From an uncultured delta proteobacterium (GTDB lineage Bacteria; Desulfobacterota; Binatia; JACPRU01), in assembly GCA_963745025.1 (NCBI GenBank), contig CAVUWD010000006.1, positions 224,001-288,000 of the forward strand: DNA of 64,000 nt, written 5' to 3'. Positions 1 to 10,565 of the stretch are shown one piece after another. The first letter of the stretch is position 1; every line of letters starts with the position of its first letter. The position numbers and the translations under genes are program-made. The notes beneath the pieces were generated by a model. It had not been told where the DNA came from. It saw only the letters and a program-made list of their open reading frames with translations, and did no database searches.

Positions 1-1407
1 GTCGGGAAACGTGCCCTCGGGCGCCGGATACGAGACCGCGATGCGCAGCGGCCCGATCGGAAGGTAGGGCCATTGGGGAATGAAGAGCATGCGGGCCCGC
101 GCGGGGACGTCGATGCGCCCCTTGCCGAACGGCCAGATCCCGGCGATGGCGCGCAGCAGGATGGTCTTGCCCGCTCCCGAAGGGCCCGTGATGGCCACAC
201 GTTCTCCCGCGCTCACCGTGGCGCTGGCCACGTCGATCAGCACACGGCCATCCGGAGCCTCGAGGCTCAGGTCCACGAGCCGGAGTATGGGTGCCTCCGC
301 CGAGACGACGCGGAGGTTCGAGCGCTCCAGATCCTGCTCCGTCTCGTTCATCGCCTCGGTGAAGGTCGAGAGCCGCTCGACGTTCGCACGCCAGCGCGCG
401 ATCTCCTGATAGGCGTAGACGAACCAGCTCAGGGCTCCCGACACCTGCCCGTAGGCGAATCGAATCTGCGCGATGGTGCCGAGCGTGATCAGGCCGGCGA
501 AGAACCCGGGCGCGGCTACCAGGAGAGGCACGACGCCGTTGGCCTGACCGACGAGGCCGGTGAAGACCGTCAATCTCCGCTGCGCGGCGACGAGCTGCCA
601 CCAGTTCCGCATCACGTTCTCGAAGCGCGCGAGCGCGCTTCGCCGCTCCAGGGCCTCTCCGCGCGAAAGCGTCACCACCTCGACGTTGTCGCGGAAGCGC
701 ATGAGCCCGTAGCGGAAGTCGGCTTCGTAACGCAGCCGATCGAAGTTGAGGGGTACGAGCGGGCGGCCCACGACGTGCGTGAGCCAGGTCGAGAGCGCAG
801 CGTAGAGGACGGCCACCCAGAGCAACAAGCCTGGGAGGTGAAGCTGCCGACCGGCGATCGGGAGCCCCCAGTCGCCGGAGAGCATCCAGAGGAGCCCTCC
901 GAACGAGGCGAGCGTCGCCATCGAGTTCAGGAATGAGAGCGAGAGGCCGAGCGCGCTCGCCGCGAAGTCACGGATGTCCTCGGCGATGCGCTGATCCGGG
1001 TTGTCGACACCGTCACGGTGGAGCTGCACTTGGCAGTACGCACGCTCATTCATCCAGCGATCCAAGTAGTGAGTGGTCACGCCGCGCCGCCAGCGGATCT
1101 CGAGGAGCTGCCGGAGATAGATCCGATAGGCGGAAACGAAGACGAAGGCGGCCGAAAGGGCCGCGAACAGCCCGAGCGCCGCGAGGAAGGCCATGGCCTG
1201 CCTGTCTTGCACGGCGTCCATGATGCGTCGTTCCGCGTCTGAGAGGCGTAGATTTCCGTAAACCGTGCCGAATTCGAGAAAGACGGCACCCGCCAACAGC
1301 AGAGCGCCTCGTCGAGCGTCCGGCAATGTCCAGTAGATGTGGATCAGCTCCCCGAGATGATGGATGAACCGTCGACCGAAGATGGCGTGTCTGCCTCGCT
1401 CGTGCAT
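1..1407 (-). CDS. ABC transporter fused permease/ATP-binding protein, YddA/BacA-like (3' end runs off the window)
   Basis: Manual translation (absent from the ORF track): MHERGRHAIFGRRF..., DNPDQRIAEDIR motif, Walker A VAITGPSGAGKT, then MLFIPQWPYLPIGPLR typical of this family; frame is open to position 1. Confidence 0.85.
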   Translation of the reverse strand, partial: MHERGRHAIFGRRFIHHLGELIHIYWTLPDARRGALLLAGAVFLEFGTVYGNLRLSDAERRIMDAVQDRQAMAFLAALGLFAALSAAFVFVSAYRIYLRQLLEIRWRRGVTTHYLDRWMNERAYCQVQLHRDGVDNPDQRIAEDIRDFAASALGLSLSFLNSMATLASFGGLLWMLSGDWGLPIAGRQLHLPGLLLWVAVLYAALSTWLTHVVGRPLVPLNFDRLRYEADFRYGLMRFRDNVEVVTLSRGEALERRSALARFENVMRNWWQLVAAQRRLTVFTGLVGQANGVVPLLVAAPGFFAGLITLGTIAQIRFAYGQVSGALSWFVYAYQEIARWRANVERLSTFTEAMNETEQDLERSNLRVVSAEAPILRLVDLSLEAPDGRVLIDVASATVSAGERVAITGPSGAGKTILLRAIAGIWPFGKGRIDVPARARMLFIPQWPYLPIGPLRIAVSYPAPEGTFPD

Positions 1408-1657
1408 GCAGGGCTCCTTCGCGCGCAATCATTGCGCCGACGGCGGCGCGGTCAAGCGATCCGCGGTCCGCGGTCTCGCGCGTTTTTCCTCGCGTCCAAC
1501 CTCGTCGCCCGCTCGCGCCGGAGCGCGGGAGCGCCGGTCCGAGTCGCGCGATTTCTCGCCTTCGGCAATCCGTCCGGTGGTTTTTTCTCACACGGGGGAA
1601 AATTGGCCGGCTTTTTCCGGCGTTCGTCCGTTGGCACGGCTTGCACGAATTGTGATC

Positions 1658-2896
1658 ATGAGTGAACAACTGGCCGCAAACTCGGCGCAAAGACCCGGAA
1701 CGGCAACGGCTCCGAAGAAGCTAGAGGACAAGGACGATTTCTCCCTGGTGCTGGGGGGACCGCTCTATCAGCTGCTGCGTCGGTCGCATCTATCCGACGA
1801 CGCGCTGGGGCTACTACGTGTGCGCGTCGTCGCCATCACGCTCATCACATGGCTGCCGCTGCTGATCCTGTCCGCGCTCGGTGGGCGCGCGTGGGGTGAC
1901 GCGGTCAGAGTGCCCTTCCTCCGGGACGTCGCGGTGCACACGCGGTTCTTGCTGGCGCTGCCGCTGCTCATCCTGGCGGAGCTGATGGTGCATCAATCGA
2001 TGCGCCCGCTCATCGGGCAGTTCCTGGAGCGCGGCCTGATCCCGGAAACGTCCCGGGCGAGGTTCGACGCGGCCCGGGCCTCGGCCCTGAGGCTGCGAAA
2101 CTCGGTGATAGCGGAGGTGCTGCTCATCGCGTTCACGTACCTCGTCGGCGTTCACTACATCTGGCCTCACGCCGGCGCCCTGAAGGTAGCCAGCTGGTAT
2201 GCCACGCCCGCGGAGGGCGGCAGCCGGCTGTCGGCGGCGGGCTGGTGGTTCGCCTACGCGAGCCTTCCCGTGTTCCAGTTCATCCTGCTTCGCTGGTATT
2301 TTCGCCTGTTCGTCTGGACACGCTTCCTCTGGCAGGTGACGCGGTGCGAGCTCAAGCTGGTGCCCACGCACCCGGATCGCGCGGGCGGCCTCGGCTTCCT
2401 TTCGCTCACCGTGGTCGGGTTCACGCCGGTGCTAGCCGCCCATGGGGCATTGCTCGCCGGGGGGATCGCCAATCGCATCTTCTTCCAGGGGGCGACGCTC
2501 CCGGACTTCAAGGTGGAGCTGGTGGTGATGGTCGCGTTCCTCTTGCTCGTCGTGCTCGGGCCCCTCCTGCTGTTCCTGCCGCACCTGGCCGAGGCGCGGC
2601 GCGTCGGCCTGCTCGAGTACGGTGCGCTCGGCCAGCGCTACGTGCGGGAGTTCGACGACAAGTGGCTTCGCGGCGGCGCGCGGGCAGGCGAAGCGCTAGT
2701 GGGGAGCGGCGACATCCAGTCCCTCGCGGACATGAGCAATAGCTTCGAAGTCGTCTGGGGCATGCGGGTCGTGCCCTTCACGAGATACACGGTGCTCCAG
2801 CTCGCCGTGATCACCCTCCTGCCGGTCGTCCCGCTGCTGCTCACGATGTTCTCGCCGCAGGAGCTCTTCGAGCGGCTGCTGCGCGTGGCGTTCTGA
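1658..2896 (+). CDS. Conserved multi-pass membrane protein of unknown function
   Basis: ATG 1658 is in frame with ORF 1364; several hydrophobic helices; motifs FSLVLGGPLYQL, PTHPDRAGGLGFL and DIQSLADMSNSFEVV. Confidence 0.8.
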   Translation: MSEQLAANSAQRPGTATAPKKLEDKDDFSLVLGGPLYQLLRRSHLSDDALGLLRVRVVAITLITWLPLLILSALGGRAWGDAVRVPFLRDVAVHTRFLLALPLLILAELMVHQSMRPLIGQFLERGLIPETSRARFDAARASALRLRNSVIAEVLLIAFTYLVGVHYIWPHAGALKVASWYATPAEGGSRLSAAGWWFAYASLPVFQFILLRWYFRLFVWTRFLWQVTRCELKLVPTHPDRAGGLGFLSLTVVGFTPVLAAHGALLAGGIANRIFFQGATLPDFKVELVVMVAFLLLVVLGPLLLFLPHLAEARRVGLLEYGALGQRYVREFDDKWLRGGARAGEALVGSGDIQSLADMSNSFEVVWGMRVVPFTRYTVLQLAVITLLPVVPLLLTMFSPQELFERLLRVAF

Positions 2897-2953
2897 GGGG
2901 CTTGCCGTGAAAACGCAAAAACGAGATTAGCTTCGGCGAAAGGAAAAGATGCC

Positions 2954-5715
2954 ATGTCACAAACGGCCGAGCACACTCGATTGCTGCAGGACGGCTCCAA
3001 CTGGAAACGCTGGGGCCCGTACTTGAGCGAGCGCCAGTGGGGAACGGTGCGCGAGGATTACAGCGAGAACGGCGATGCCTGGAACTTCTTCACCCACGAT
3101 CAGGCCCGTTCCCGGGCGTACCGCTGGGGCGAGGACGGCCTGGGAGGGATCTCCGACGACAAGCAGCGGCTCTGCTTCGCCCTCGCCCTGTGGAACGGCA
3201 AGGACCCGATCCTGAAGGAGCGGCTCTTCGGGCTCACGAACAGCGAGGGCAACCACGGCGAGGACGTCAAGGAGTACTACTTCTACCTCGACAGCACGCC
3301 GACCCACTCGTACATGAAGTACCTCTACAAGTACCCGCAGGCGGCCTATCCCTACGCCGACCTGGTGGAGACCAACCGGCGGCGCAGCCGCAACGAGATG
3401 GAGTACGAGCTGCTCGACACGGGCGTCTTCAACGAGGACCGCTACTTCGACGTGTTCGTGGAGTACGCCAAGGCGTCGCCCGAGGACATCCTGATCCAGA
3501 TCACGGCCTGCAACCGCGGCCCGGAGGAGGCCGAGCTGCACGTGCTGCCGACCCTGTGGTTCCGCAACGACTGGGCGTCGTGGATCGCCAGACGCCGCCG
3601 AGAAACCGCTGCTCAAGCAGATCGACGGACCGGCGGGCACGAGCACGATTGCGGCAACGCATGCCGTACTGGGGACGTACCACCTGTACTGCGAAGGCGA
3701 TGTGCCGCTGCTCTTCACCGAGAACTCGACCAACCACGCCCGGCTCCACCTCGACTACCCGGACGTGGGCCCGTACCTCAAGGACGGCATCAACGACTAC
3801 GTGGTCCAGGGTCAGCCGGGAGGCGGTGAACCCCGAGCGGCAGGGCACCAAGGCCGCGGCGCACTATCGGCTGACGATTCGGCTCCCGGCCAGTCGGCGA
3901 CGGTGCGGCTGCGCCTCACCGCCCAGGCTCCGGCCGGGTCGCGCACGTCGGCAAAAGGGAGCGCCGTCCCTTTCGGGCAAGACTTCGACGAGACCCTGGC
4001 CGCCCGGCTGCGGGAGGCGGATGAGTTCTACAAGTCGGTGACCCCGCCCTCGGTCTCCGCCGGATGCGGCCAACGTGATGCGCCAGGCCATCGCCGGCAT
4101 GCTCTGGTCCAAGCAGTACTACTACTGGGACGGCGATGCGTGGCTGGAGGAGCACCACGCCCACCCCCTCCATCACGGCAGCCGCGACTTCCGGAACCGC
4201 GAGTGGTTCCACATGATCAACGACGACATCATCTCCATGCCCGACAAGTGGGAGTACCCCTGGTACGCCGCCTGGGACCTCGCCTTCCACACGCTGCCGA
4301 TCGGGATCGTGGACCCCGACTTCGCCAAGGAGCAGCTGCAAGCTGATGCTCCGCGGGGTGTACCTCCACCCCAGCGGCCAGATTCCCGCCTACGAGTGGA
4401 ACTTCAGCGACGTGAACCCGCCGGTGCACGCCTGGGCGACCCTGTTCCTGCACCGCACCGAGCAGGCCCTGCGCGGCGAGGTCGATCTCGACTTCCTCAA
4501 GTCGGCGTTCAACAAGCTCATGCTGAACTTCACCTGGTGGGTGAACCGCAAGGACCGGTTCGGCAAGAACGTCTTCGAGGGCGGCTTCCTCGGCCTCGAC
4601 AACATCGGCGTCTTCGACCGCAGCGCCCCGCTGCCGACCGGGGGCTATCTGGAGCAGGCGGACGGCACCGCGTGGATGGCCCTCTTCACCCAGAACATGC
4701 TCGAGCTCGCCGTGGAGCTCGCCGCCCACGACCCCACCTACGAGGACATGGCCTTCAAGTTCGTCGAGCATTTTCTCTATATCGCCGCGGCCATGAACAA
4801 GCCCGGGCAGGACGGCATGTGGGACGAGGAGGACGGCTTCTACTACGACCTCTTGCGGCTCCCCGACGGCAGCGCCACGCGGCTCAAGGTGCGCTCGATG
4901 GTCGGGCTCCTGCCCCTGTGCGCCACGACGGTGGTCGAGAAGTGGCAGCGCGAGCGCGTTCCGCAGGCAACGGCCGCGGTTTTCGAGCACGCCTGCGCCA
5001 GATGCCGGAACTCCTGGAGTCGATCCATCCGACGGGTCCGGGTCACTTTGGCGTAGCTGAGCGGGGTATCTTCGCCCTGGTCAACCCGGAGCGGCTCCGT
5101 CGGATTCTCTCGAAGATGCTCGACGAGAACGAGTTCCTGAGCCCCTACGGCATCCGCTCGCTCTCCAAGTTCCACGAGCAGCACCCGTACGTCTTCCACG
5201 CGGGCGGTCAGGAGTACCGCGTGGACTACCTGCCGGCCGAATCGAACACCGGCATGTTCGGCGGCAACTCCAACTGGCGGGGGCCGGTCTGGATGCCGGT
5301 CAATGCCATGCTGATCCGGGCGCTCCTGAACTTCTACCTGTACTACGGCGACAACTTCAAGATCGAATGCCCGACCGGTTCAGGCAAGATGATGAACCTC
5401 TTCGAGGTGGCCAAGGAGATCTCCGACCGGCTCACGCGGATCTTCCTGCGCGATGAGCACGGCCGGCGGGCCGTGTACGGCGGGACCGAGAAGTTCCAGA
5501 CCGACCCCCACTGGCGCGACCACATCCTGTTCTACGAGTACTTCCACGGCGACAACGGGGCGGGGCTGGGCGCGAGCCACCAGACGGGATGGACAGGAGT
5601 GGTGGCGAAGCTGATCCAGCTCTTCGGATTGCTCGATGCGGAGAAGCTGCTCGAGGCCGGCAAGGCAGGCGGCCTTCGTCCGCGGAAAGTCAGGGAAGGT
5701 GAGGTGCAGAAATGA
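2954..5715 (+). CDS. MGH1-like glucosidase (glycoside hydrolase family 63 type), broken by at least six frameshifts
   Basis: Consecutive fragments [63 protein letters not shown] and [22 protein letters not shown] lie in different frames. Confidence 0.88.
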
Positions 5716-7202
5716 AGGCCTTACCCGCTTATCCCTCGCTCTATCAGATCAACACGCGCGTCTGGCTGACCGAGCTGTCGCAGGCCTCTGGGCCGGCCGG
5801 CCACGCTCGACGACATTCCGGACGCCGAGCTGGACCGCCTGGCCGCAAATGGGCTTCGACTGGATCTGGTTCCTGAGCGTCTGGCAGACCGGGCCGGCGG
5901 CGCAGCAGGTCTCGCGCAGCAACGCCGAATGGCGCACGGAGTTCAGGAGACGCTGCCGGATCTGCGCGAGGAGGACATCGCCGGCTCCGGGTTCGCCATC
6001 ACCGGCTACACGGTGCATCGCGATCTGGGCGGGGATGCGGCGCTGGCGCGGCTGCGCGAGCGGCTGCGAAAGCGCGGACTGCGGCTGATGCTCGACTTCG
6101 TCCCGAACCACATGGCGCCGGATCACCCCTGGGTCGACGAGCATCCGGAGTACTTCGTCCACGGCAGCGAGAGCGACCTGGCGCGCGCACCGCAGAACTA
6201 CTGCGCGCGTCAAACGAAAGGCGGGCCGCTGCTGCTCGCCTACGGCCGCGACCCGTACTTCGCCGGCTGGCCCGACACGCTGCAGCTCGACTACGGCAAC
6301 CCGGCCACGCAGGAGGCGATGATCGGCGAGCTGGAGAGGATCGCCGGGCAGTGCGACGGCGTGCGCTGCGACATGGCCATGCTGGTCCTGCCCGACGTCT
6401 TCGAGCGCACCTGGGGCATCCGGGCGCCGACCTCTTCTGGCCGAAGGCGACCGAGCGCGTGCGGCGAGCGAGTGCCGGGCTTCCGCTTCATGGCCGAGGT
6501 CTACTGGGATCTCGAATGGACGATGCAGCAGCAGGGGTTCGACTACGCCTACGACAAGCGGCTCTACGACCGGCTGCGCGAGGGGCACGCGCGGCCGGTG
6601 CGCGAGCACCTCTGCGCCGGGCTCGACTACCAGAGCAAGCTGGCCCGCTTCCTGGAGAACCACGACGAGCCCCGGGCCGCCGCGACCTTCGCGCCCGGCA
6701 TGCACGAGGCCGCGGCCGTCATCACGTTCCTGTCGCCGGGCCTGCGGTTCTTCCACCAGGGTCAGTTCGAGGGGCGGAGGAAGCGCATCTCGCCGCACCT
6801 GGTCCGCGCGCCGCTGGAGCCCGCCGACGAGACGCTCGAACAGTTCTACGAGCGCCTGCTGGCGGTGCTCCGGCAGCCGGCCGTGCGCGATGGCCAGTGG
6901 CGCCTGCTCGAGTGCGCGCCGGCCTGGGACGGCAACTGGACGTCGGACTGCTTCATCGCGTGGTCCTGGCAGGGCGGCGGACGGCCAGCGGCGGCTCATC
7001 GCCGTCAACTATGCCGGGAACCAGAGCCAGTGTTACGTCCGGCTCCCGTTTCCAGACCTGGGCGGCCGCGCGGTGCGGCTGAAGGACCTGATGGGTCCCG
7101 CCAGCTTCGATCGCGACGGAGATGACCTCGTGTCGCGGGGCCTCTATCTCGACATGCGCGCCGTGGAGCTACCACGTGTTCGAGATGTCCACGCTTCCCT
7201 AG
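5712..7202 (+). CDS. Alpha-amylase family glycoside hydrolase (GH13), frameshifted
   Basis: Starts [19 protein letters not shown]; conserved regions LMLDFVPNH, DGVRCDMA, FMAEVYW and FLENHDEPR; ends WSYHVFEMSTLP-TAG at 7200-7202. Confidence 0.85.
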
Positions 7203-7325
7203 ACGCACGACACGGGCCTGTCCAAGTCGGCAAGCAGTGGCTTCGCGGTCGCCCAGGAGTTGCGGTGCGCGACCGTCGAGCGTAAGCCTCGGCTGCAAAC
7301 CTTTCACTCAACTTCGGAGGCTACG

Positions 7326-7466
7326 ATGACCCTCTGTCCGGTTGCACTGGCCGTCGGTTGCAAGAAGTGCCCGATGTTCGCGATCTGCCCCGCGAAGGGC
7401 ATCATCGGCGATTACCGCGGGGAGGGAGAGCCGCAAGACAAGCGGGCACCGAAGAAATCCGACTGA
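7326..7466 (+). CDS. Small 46-aa cysteine-rich protein
   Basis: GGAGG RBS at 7316-7320; MTLCPVALAVGCKKCPMFAICPAKGIIGDYRGEGEPQDKRAPKKSD; GC3-rich codons. Confidence 0.75.
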   Translation: MTLCPVALAVGCKKCPMFAICPAKGIIGDYRGEGEPQDKRAPKKSD

Positions 7467-7700
7467 CGACCCGAGGAAATTCCCAGACGGCTGAGGAAGT
7501 GTAGCCAGCGTCGCCCAGTGCCCAGACCTAGGGCGTGGCTCGCAGGTGCGGGCGCTTCTCGGTGCGGGTGTCCGCTCGACGCTCGCGTTCATCGCCGTCG
7601 TGTTCTCGGACCGCCTGGGCGAAGCAGATTCCACGCGATTGACGGAGCTCCACGCGCGCAGCCGACGGAAAGGCAAGGAAACCCAAACATGGAGAGACAA

Positions 7701-9670
7701 ATGCGCTTCAAGCTCGCCGCACCGCTCCTCAGCCTGGCGCTGGCCGCGGTCATCGCTTCGCCGGCGCTCGCCGCTGACGCGACCACCACCGACGTCGGCA
7801 CGCTCGACAAGGAGGCGGCCGAGAAGGCGTTCCCCGCCAAGCCGCCGTACTCGCCCTACGCCGGTCGCAACTTCCCCACGCGCCCGTTCTTCGGCGACAC
7901 GCACCTGCACACGTCGTTCTCGATGGACGCCGGCGCGTTCGGCTGCCGGCTCGGCCCGAGGGACGCCTACCGCTTCGCCAAGGGCGAGGAGATCACGGCT
8001 TCGAGCGGCCAGCGCGCGAAGCTCTCGCGGCCGCTCGACTTCCTGGTCGTGGCCGACCACTCGGACAACATGGGCTTCTTCCCGCTGATCGTCGGCGGCA
8101 ACCCGAAGGTGCTCGCCGACCCGACAAGGCCGCAAGTGGTACGACATGATCCAGTCGGGCAAGGGCGCCGAGGCGGCGATCGAGATCATCATCAGCTTCG
8201 GCAAGGGAACGATCCCCAAGGCGATCCTGTCCCTGCCCGGCACGCCGGCCTACCGCTCGGCGTGGGAGGAGACGATCAAGGCGGCCGACGAGGCGAACGA
8301 TCCGGGCCGCTTCACCGCCTTCATCGGCTACGAGTGGACCTCGAACACCGGCGGCAACAACCTGCACCGCAACGTCATCTTCCGCGACGACGGCGACGAA
8401 GGCGAGCCAGGTCGAGCCCTTCACCACCATGCAGCCGCTCGGCAGCGACAATCCGCGCGACCTCTGGAAGTGGATGGCCGCCTACGAGCAGAAGACCGGC
8501 GGCGAGGTGCTCGCCATCGCGCACAACGGCAACCTCAGCAACGGCCGCATGTTCCCGATCATCGAGTCGTTCACCGGCAAGCAGGATCGACCGCGAGTAC
8601 GCCGAGACACCGCACGCAGTGGGAGCGCCTCTACGAAGCCACGCAGATCAAGGGCGACGGCGAGACGCATCCGTTCCTCTCGCCCAACGACGAGTTCGCC
8701 AACTTCGAGCGCTGGGACAAGGGCAACCTCGACCTCAGCGAGCCGAAGAAGCCGGAGATGCTGGAGTTCGAGTACGCGCGCTCGGCGCTGAAGAACGGCC
8801 TCAAGCTCGGAAGCCGAGCTCGGCGTCAACCCCTACAAGTTCGGCATGGTCGGCTCGACCGACGCGCACACCGGCTCTCGCCGCCGTCGAGGAGGACAAC
8901 TTCTTCGGCAAGACCTCGAGCGCCGAGCCGAGCGCGACCCGCGCTGCGCATCCGTTCGTCAAGAATCCGCAGACCGGGCTCACGATCATGGGCTGGGAGA
9001 CGACCGCGTCGGGCTACGCCGCCGTGTGGGCGACGGAGAACACGCGCGAGGCGATCTTCGACGCCATGCAGCGCCGCGAGACCTACGCCACGACCGGCCC
9101 GCGCATGATCGTGCGCTTCTTCGGCGGCTGGGATTTCGAACCGGAGCGACGCGCAGAACCGCATGCCCGGCGCAGCATCGGCTACACCAAGGGCGTGCCG
9201 ATGGGCGGCGATCTGCAGCGACGCTCCGCAGGGCAAGTCGCCGACGTTCCTCGTCGCCGCGCTCAAGGATCCGATCGGCGCGAACCTCGACCGCATCCAG
9301 ATCGTCAAGGGCTGGCTCGATGCAAGGATGGCAAGACCGCAGGAGCGAATCTACGACGTGGCCGTGTCCGGCGACCGCAAGATCGACGCCGAGGGCCGCT
9401 GCAAGACACCGGTCGGCAGCACCGTGGACGTGCCGAACGCGACCTGGACCAACACCATCGGCGCGCCGCGAGCTGATCACCGTGTGGAAAGACCCGGACT
9501 TCGACCCGACGCAGCGCGCGTTCTACTACGTCCGCGTGATCGAGATCCCGACGCCGCGCTGGACGGCGTACGACGCGAAGTATTTCGGCATGACGATGCC
9601 GAAGGAAGTGCCGATGACCACGACCGAGCGCGCCTACACCTCGCCCATCTGGTACACGCCGGCCAAGTGA
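7701..9670 (+). CDS. Secreted DUF3604 family protein (PHP-like metallohydrolase fold), frameshifted
   Basis: Signal peptide, then [55 protein letters not shown] and [10 protein letters not shown] spread over several frames. Confidence 0.85.
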
Positions 9671-9677
9671 GGAGCGT

Positions 9678-10565
9678 ATGGCGAGTCTCAAGACGCTTCT
9701 GCGCGAACCGCTGGTGCATTTCCTGCTGCTGGGGGCCGGACTCTTCGTTGCCTTTGGCTTCGTGAGCAAACGCACCAGCCCCGCGCCAGAAAAGATCGTC
9801 GTCACGCGAGGACAGATCGAATCGCTGGCGCTAAGTTTCACTCGCACCTGGCAGCGTCCGCCGACCGACGAGGAGCTGGAAGGATTGATCCGCGACCACG
9901 TCCGCGAGGAAGTCTACTACCGCGCCGCGATCGCCTTGGGATTGGATCGCGACGATACGATCGTCCGCCGGCGGCTCCGGCAGAAGATGGAGTTCCTCTC
10001 CGAAGACGTCGGCGCGGAGGTTGGGCCGACCGACGAGGACCTGCAGGCGTACCTGCGGGCGCATCCCGAGACGTTCCGCGTCGAGCGCCGGTTCACGTTC
10101 CGCCAGGTCTATCTCAACCCCGATCGGCACGGTGGAAATCTGCGGCGCGATGCTGCCCGGCTGCTCGCGCAGCTGAACCAAACCGGCGGCAAGGCGGATG
10201 TCATCGAGATGGGCGATCCTTCGCTGCTCGAGCACCAGTTCGATGCGGTTCCAGCCAGCGAAGTCGCAAAGCAGTTCGGTGAGAAGTTCGCGGCGGCGTT
10301 GACCGACGTTGCGCCCGGTCGATGGCAAGGGCCGATCGAATCCGGTTACGGCGCGCATCTGGTCTTCGTAGCCGAGCGCACCGACGAACGGCTGCCGGCG
10401 CTGGAAGAAGTGCGTGACGCCGTCCGGCGCGAGTGGATGAACTTCCACCGGCAGAAGGCCAACGATCAATTCTACGCCGGCCTCCTCGAGCGCTACACCG
10501 TCACCGTCGAGCAGCCACAGCGGGCGGACGGAGAGAAGAAGCTCGCCGCGGTGAAGTCGCGATGA
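9678..10565 (+). CDS. PpiC/parvulin-type peptidyl-prolyl isomerase family protein with N-terminal membrane anchor
   Basis: [12 protein letters not shown] start, [18 protein letters not shown] and [14 protein letters not shown]; RBS GAGGAG. Confidence 0.85.
   Translation: MASLKTLLREPLVHFLLLGAGLFVAFGFVSKRTSPAPEKIVVTRGQIESLALSFTRTWQRPPTDEELEGLIRDHVREEVYYRAAIALGLDRDDTIVRRRLRQKMEFLSEDVGAEVGPTDEDLQAYLRAHPETFRVERRFTFRQVYLNPDRHGGNLRRDAARLLAQLNQTGGKADVIEMGDPSLLEHQFDAVPASEVAKQFGEKFAAALTDVAPGRWQGPIESGYGAHLVFVAERTDERLPALEEVRDAVRREWMNFHRQKANDQFYAGLLERYTVTVEQPQRADGEKKLAAVKSR

Noticed and set aside
73-936. Long + strand ORF and many similar antisense or shadow ORFs (e.g. 5749..7008, 19694..20884, 44426..45181, 57010..58563)
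   Set aside because: They overlap well-supported genes on the other strand or frame and give Arg/Ala/Pro-rich, motif-free translations typical of high-GC DNA.
1632-1645. TGGCACGGCTTGCA, a sigma-54-like box before the membrane protein gene
   Set aside because: GG-to-GC spacing is 8 rather than the required 10; it would be valid only if bases are missing from the assembly.
3590-9470. Programmed frameshifting or phase variation as the cause of the broken genes
   Set aside because: Too many shifts per gene, and no slippery heptamers or long homopolymers were seen at the junctions.
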